Assembly: GCF_001194135.2 (NCBI RefSeq)
Contig: NC_068981.1
Span: 152,149,103 to 152,193,618, forward strand
DNA from: Octopus bimaculoides
Taxonomy: Eukaryota
Reading direction: 5' to 3'
Length of the DNA stretch: 44,516 nucleotides
Shown: positions 1-44,516 of the stretch, in pieces
How positions within the stretch are numbered: position 1 is the first letter of the stretch
How the letters are laid out: each line of letters begins with the position of its first letter
Notes under the pieces: model-generated
Database searches by the model: none
What the model was told of the DNA's origin: nothing
Seen by the model: only the letters and a program-made list of their open reading frames with translations
Translations under genes and position numbers: made by a program

Positions 1-483
1 GTGTGTGTGTAAATTAGTGTAAATATATATATATATATCTGTATAATTAGTTATAGTCAGTGGTCCGAATATGCTTGATGCATATTCGAAATGGAGGACA
101 AGCTGTTCACTGTGTTTTGTCACGGGGAACATATATCGCTTGTTGATAGATGGTGTGTGTGCACCTAGATAAGCTCGCAGCGCCATCTGCCTACACTGTG
201 AGATGCTAACATTTCAGAGTAGTTGTCTCCTCATTGGTCACAGACACCAAGCAGACGGCAACGCAAGCTGAATTAAGAGATTACCTCTCTTATGTTTTTC
301 CAGTTACCGTCCGATGATTGGTAGCGCTATATGGCAGCTCACCGTAAGTAAATTACGAAAGGGAAGCGCTAAACAGTGATAAGTGATCTTGCAATGTTAT
401 TGTCAGTCTGAATATGCTGTATGCACGTTCGAACTGGGGAACAAGCTACTCACTACGTTTTGTCACGGATAATATATCTCGCT

Positions 484-486
<3 letters not shown>

Positions 487-525
<39 letters not shown>

Positions 526-547
526 ATATGTAGTAGCAGTTCATAAT

Positions 548-585
<38 letters not shown>

Positions 586-620
586 TATATATATATATTT
601 AGATATATATATATATATAA
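487..620. repeat. compound (TA)n/(CA)n microsatellites
   Basis: direct reading. Confidence 0.95.
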
Positions 621-1471
621 AATTTGTAGTAGTAGTAGTATACACACACACATACATACATATATACATGCAAATAATATGCACAGGTAGATCTTTTTTC
701 AGAACTACTTACATAAATATTTCATAATAACCTGGTATGTCCCATATCTCAGAAATGTCGAAAGTCATTGCAGGTTAGTGGCTCTCAAAGCGAATAGGAG
801 ACAATTTCAAAAAACTTAATATGTAATTTATTATAAAATTGGTGTATTCCGGGAAATATAGGACCATTGTGAATAACTACATATGTTACAAATCATTACC
901 TCGCAGCAGTAGACCAGGGTTAAATTTAAGCGATTTATAATCATACTCTGATATATGACATTCAACATATCTCAAGGATAAAAATAAGCAAAAAATAAAA
1001 GAAAATTATCTGGAGGAAGCAAACGAATACAATCAAACACCAGCAAAACGACATCGAAAATTAAAACTTCTCCAAACAGAATACAATGCATAAGGATAAA
1101 GCGAAATGTAACATGAAAATAAAATATATTTCTGAAATAGTCAACTTCACTAGGCCCTCTTGACATTTGACTCACCTTGACCTTGGCATTGTTCCAAAGA
1201 TTGTTTTTAATTGAAACTATTGAAGCATATTGCACTGACGCCATTATCATTGCATATCTTGTGTTTTGATAAGTCGGCCCACATTAGGGTGACATATCAA
1301 AGTTTCTTACAAGACCAATGAATTGATGTCAGTGTCAGTATACATGCCTGTCTGTATGAGTACGATCATGTGCACGATTTTCCGTACAATCATATGTATC
1401 CCGTGCGTCTTGGATTAAACATGAAATTAAAGTTATAGATTTCTTCTTATGCTAAGCCAACAATTTATAGT

Positions 1472-1518
1472 GAAGCCAAACATTAAAAGCGAGTGAAATT
1501 ATTGCAAATTGGACTCAC
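1472..1518 (-). promoter_or_regulatory. conserved intronic element downstream of class A donors (representative copy)
   Basis: GTGAGTCCAATTTGCAATAATTTCACTCGCTTTTAATGTTTGGCTTC is recognisable after most class A/A' exons; function not shown. Confidence 0.35.
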
Positions 1519-42904
<41,386 letters not shown>

Positions 42905-43185
42905 CTGTTAAATTAACCAAATATTCAATTAAACGATTTAAAAATGAATCTTAAGTTAATACGGTACTGAATTTCACAACAGATTACGGTTTGTGAATTT
43001 GAAATACGTGATATTTGAAGTTTTGTCAAGTACAATACAGATTAGTATCAACTCAAATAAATAAATGTCTATTTCCATCAAAATACTGACATCTTTACTA
43101 CATATCTTTAAAAAAAGATATGAATATTTTGTCATAGATATTTTTCTTTTCAAATTAAAATTGTATGAGAATACGTAATATATAA

Positions 43186-43425
43186 AGGGCAAAGATCCCT
43201 TCGGTTATGAATGATCATGGGATTGCCCCAAGAAAGTTACCCTCCGAAGCACAAGTCCGGGTAAGGTTGTTTAAGGAAGACCAACAGTCGCCCATGCATT
43301 TCAGCCTCCCCTCTACACACTACCGATGTTATCCAAGGGAAAGGCAAAGGCTGATATAGCTTGGCACCAGTGTCGTAGCAACTCATTTCTACAGCTGAGT
43401 GAACTGGAGCAACGTGAAATAAAGT
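43186..43425. mobile_element. cephalopod SINE-like repeat copy, truncated
   Basis: Contains catttctacagctgagtgaactggagcaacgtgaaataaagt, recalled as a common octopus SINE core; not checked against a database. Confidence 0.55.
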
Positions 43426-44459
43426 TTATTATAATCCAAGATACACTGTTTATAGACTGCGTTTGTCAATACTTCTACTTTGGGTTCAAATGTTTTCATT
43501 AACCTTCTTTTATAACTTCAATTTACTTTTGATCGTATATATTTTCAAACGAACAAAAAGAAAGATATTTGCAGATGGTGTAGAGCCTCTTATTGGTTAT
43601 TGGTCTTCGGTTGATGATTCAGTCCATTGCTATTCTAAGAAAAATCTTCTCTGAAAACCTTTACACGGCTGCAAATCAAAAACGTATCGATTTAAATTCA
43701 CAACCATTAGACATAAATCGCAGAGTATTTAGTCCTTTATTATAGATGGGGATTAGTTGGTCTCCCTTACACCATAACAACCAGACCGGCAATATTTCTG
43801 ACCTAGTATATATTGGACCATGTGACTCACTTTAACTAGTGAAAACCCGCTTAGATTGTGTCTTTTGGATACATTTTCAAACAAATATTCAGCAAATATT
43901 TTCTGTGAGTGAAATCATATTTCACGAGCATGATTTTTGGAAAACAATGCATCAGCTCATTCCTAACTTATGTGCATGTGTGTGAATGTGAATATGTGTA
44001 CGGAGAGAGAGAGAGAGAGAGAGGGAAAGAGAGAGAGAGAGAGAAAGAGTTAGACATAGACAGACAGTCAGACAGACAGACAAACAGACAGACAGTGAAA
44101 GGAAGAATTGAAGAAAGATGTTACTCAATACAGTGCATAAACTAACGTTAAACATATAAATAACACAATTGTAAAATTTGGAGTAAATAACTACAGAGAA
44201 TCCAGTTCTACTGAGAAAATAAGGGGAAAATCTTCAGATAAAAATGTAATTTATGAAAGAAGTTCTATTTCAAGAATTAAATATCACAGCTATTTGCTTC
44301 ACCTTTCTGATTCTCTCAAGAAAATTGTTTTGTCCAGAGAAAGAATAATGTGCGTGCACTGATTAATTGATTATTGATTGATTGACAGACAGACAAACAG
44401 ATAGATAGGTGGATGAATGGATGGATGGACAGACGGATAAATATAATTATGCACACCAC

Positions 44460-44463
<4 letters not shown>

Positions 44464-44516
<53 letters not shown>
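44464..44516. repeat. (TA)n microsatellite at window end
   Basis: direct reading. Confidence 0.95.

Overview
AT-rich, microsatellite-dense animal genomic DNA with five N gaps; the interspersed repeats look like octopus (inferred). Almost none of the supplied ORFs are real genes. The main content is the middle of one large minus-strand gene built from tiny exons. I count 43 intact AG/GT-bounded coding exons between 1519 and 42904 (41 of 30 nt, 2 of 24 nt). All are phase 1-1 and all end in G; spliced together they give about 426 aa of stop-free Glu/Thr/Ser/Val/Ile-rich repeat protein. The exons fall into nine classes (A-I) from two alternating superclasses. They are organised as a 6-exon, 60-aa unit and a larger repeat marked by a twice-seen I-H-G-A' cassette. 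At least five dead exon copies are visible (lost acceptor, in-frame stop, deletion, LINE interruption). Introns contain a complete TA-flanked mariner relic, a CR1-like LINE ORF2 fragment, Penelope-like and RTE fragments, and abundant SINE-like repeats. No start codon, stop codon or globular domain is in the window, so the gene cannot be named from this sequence alone.
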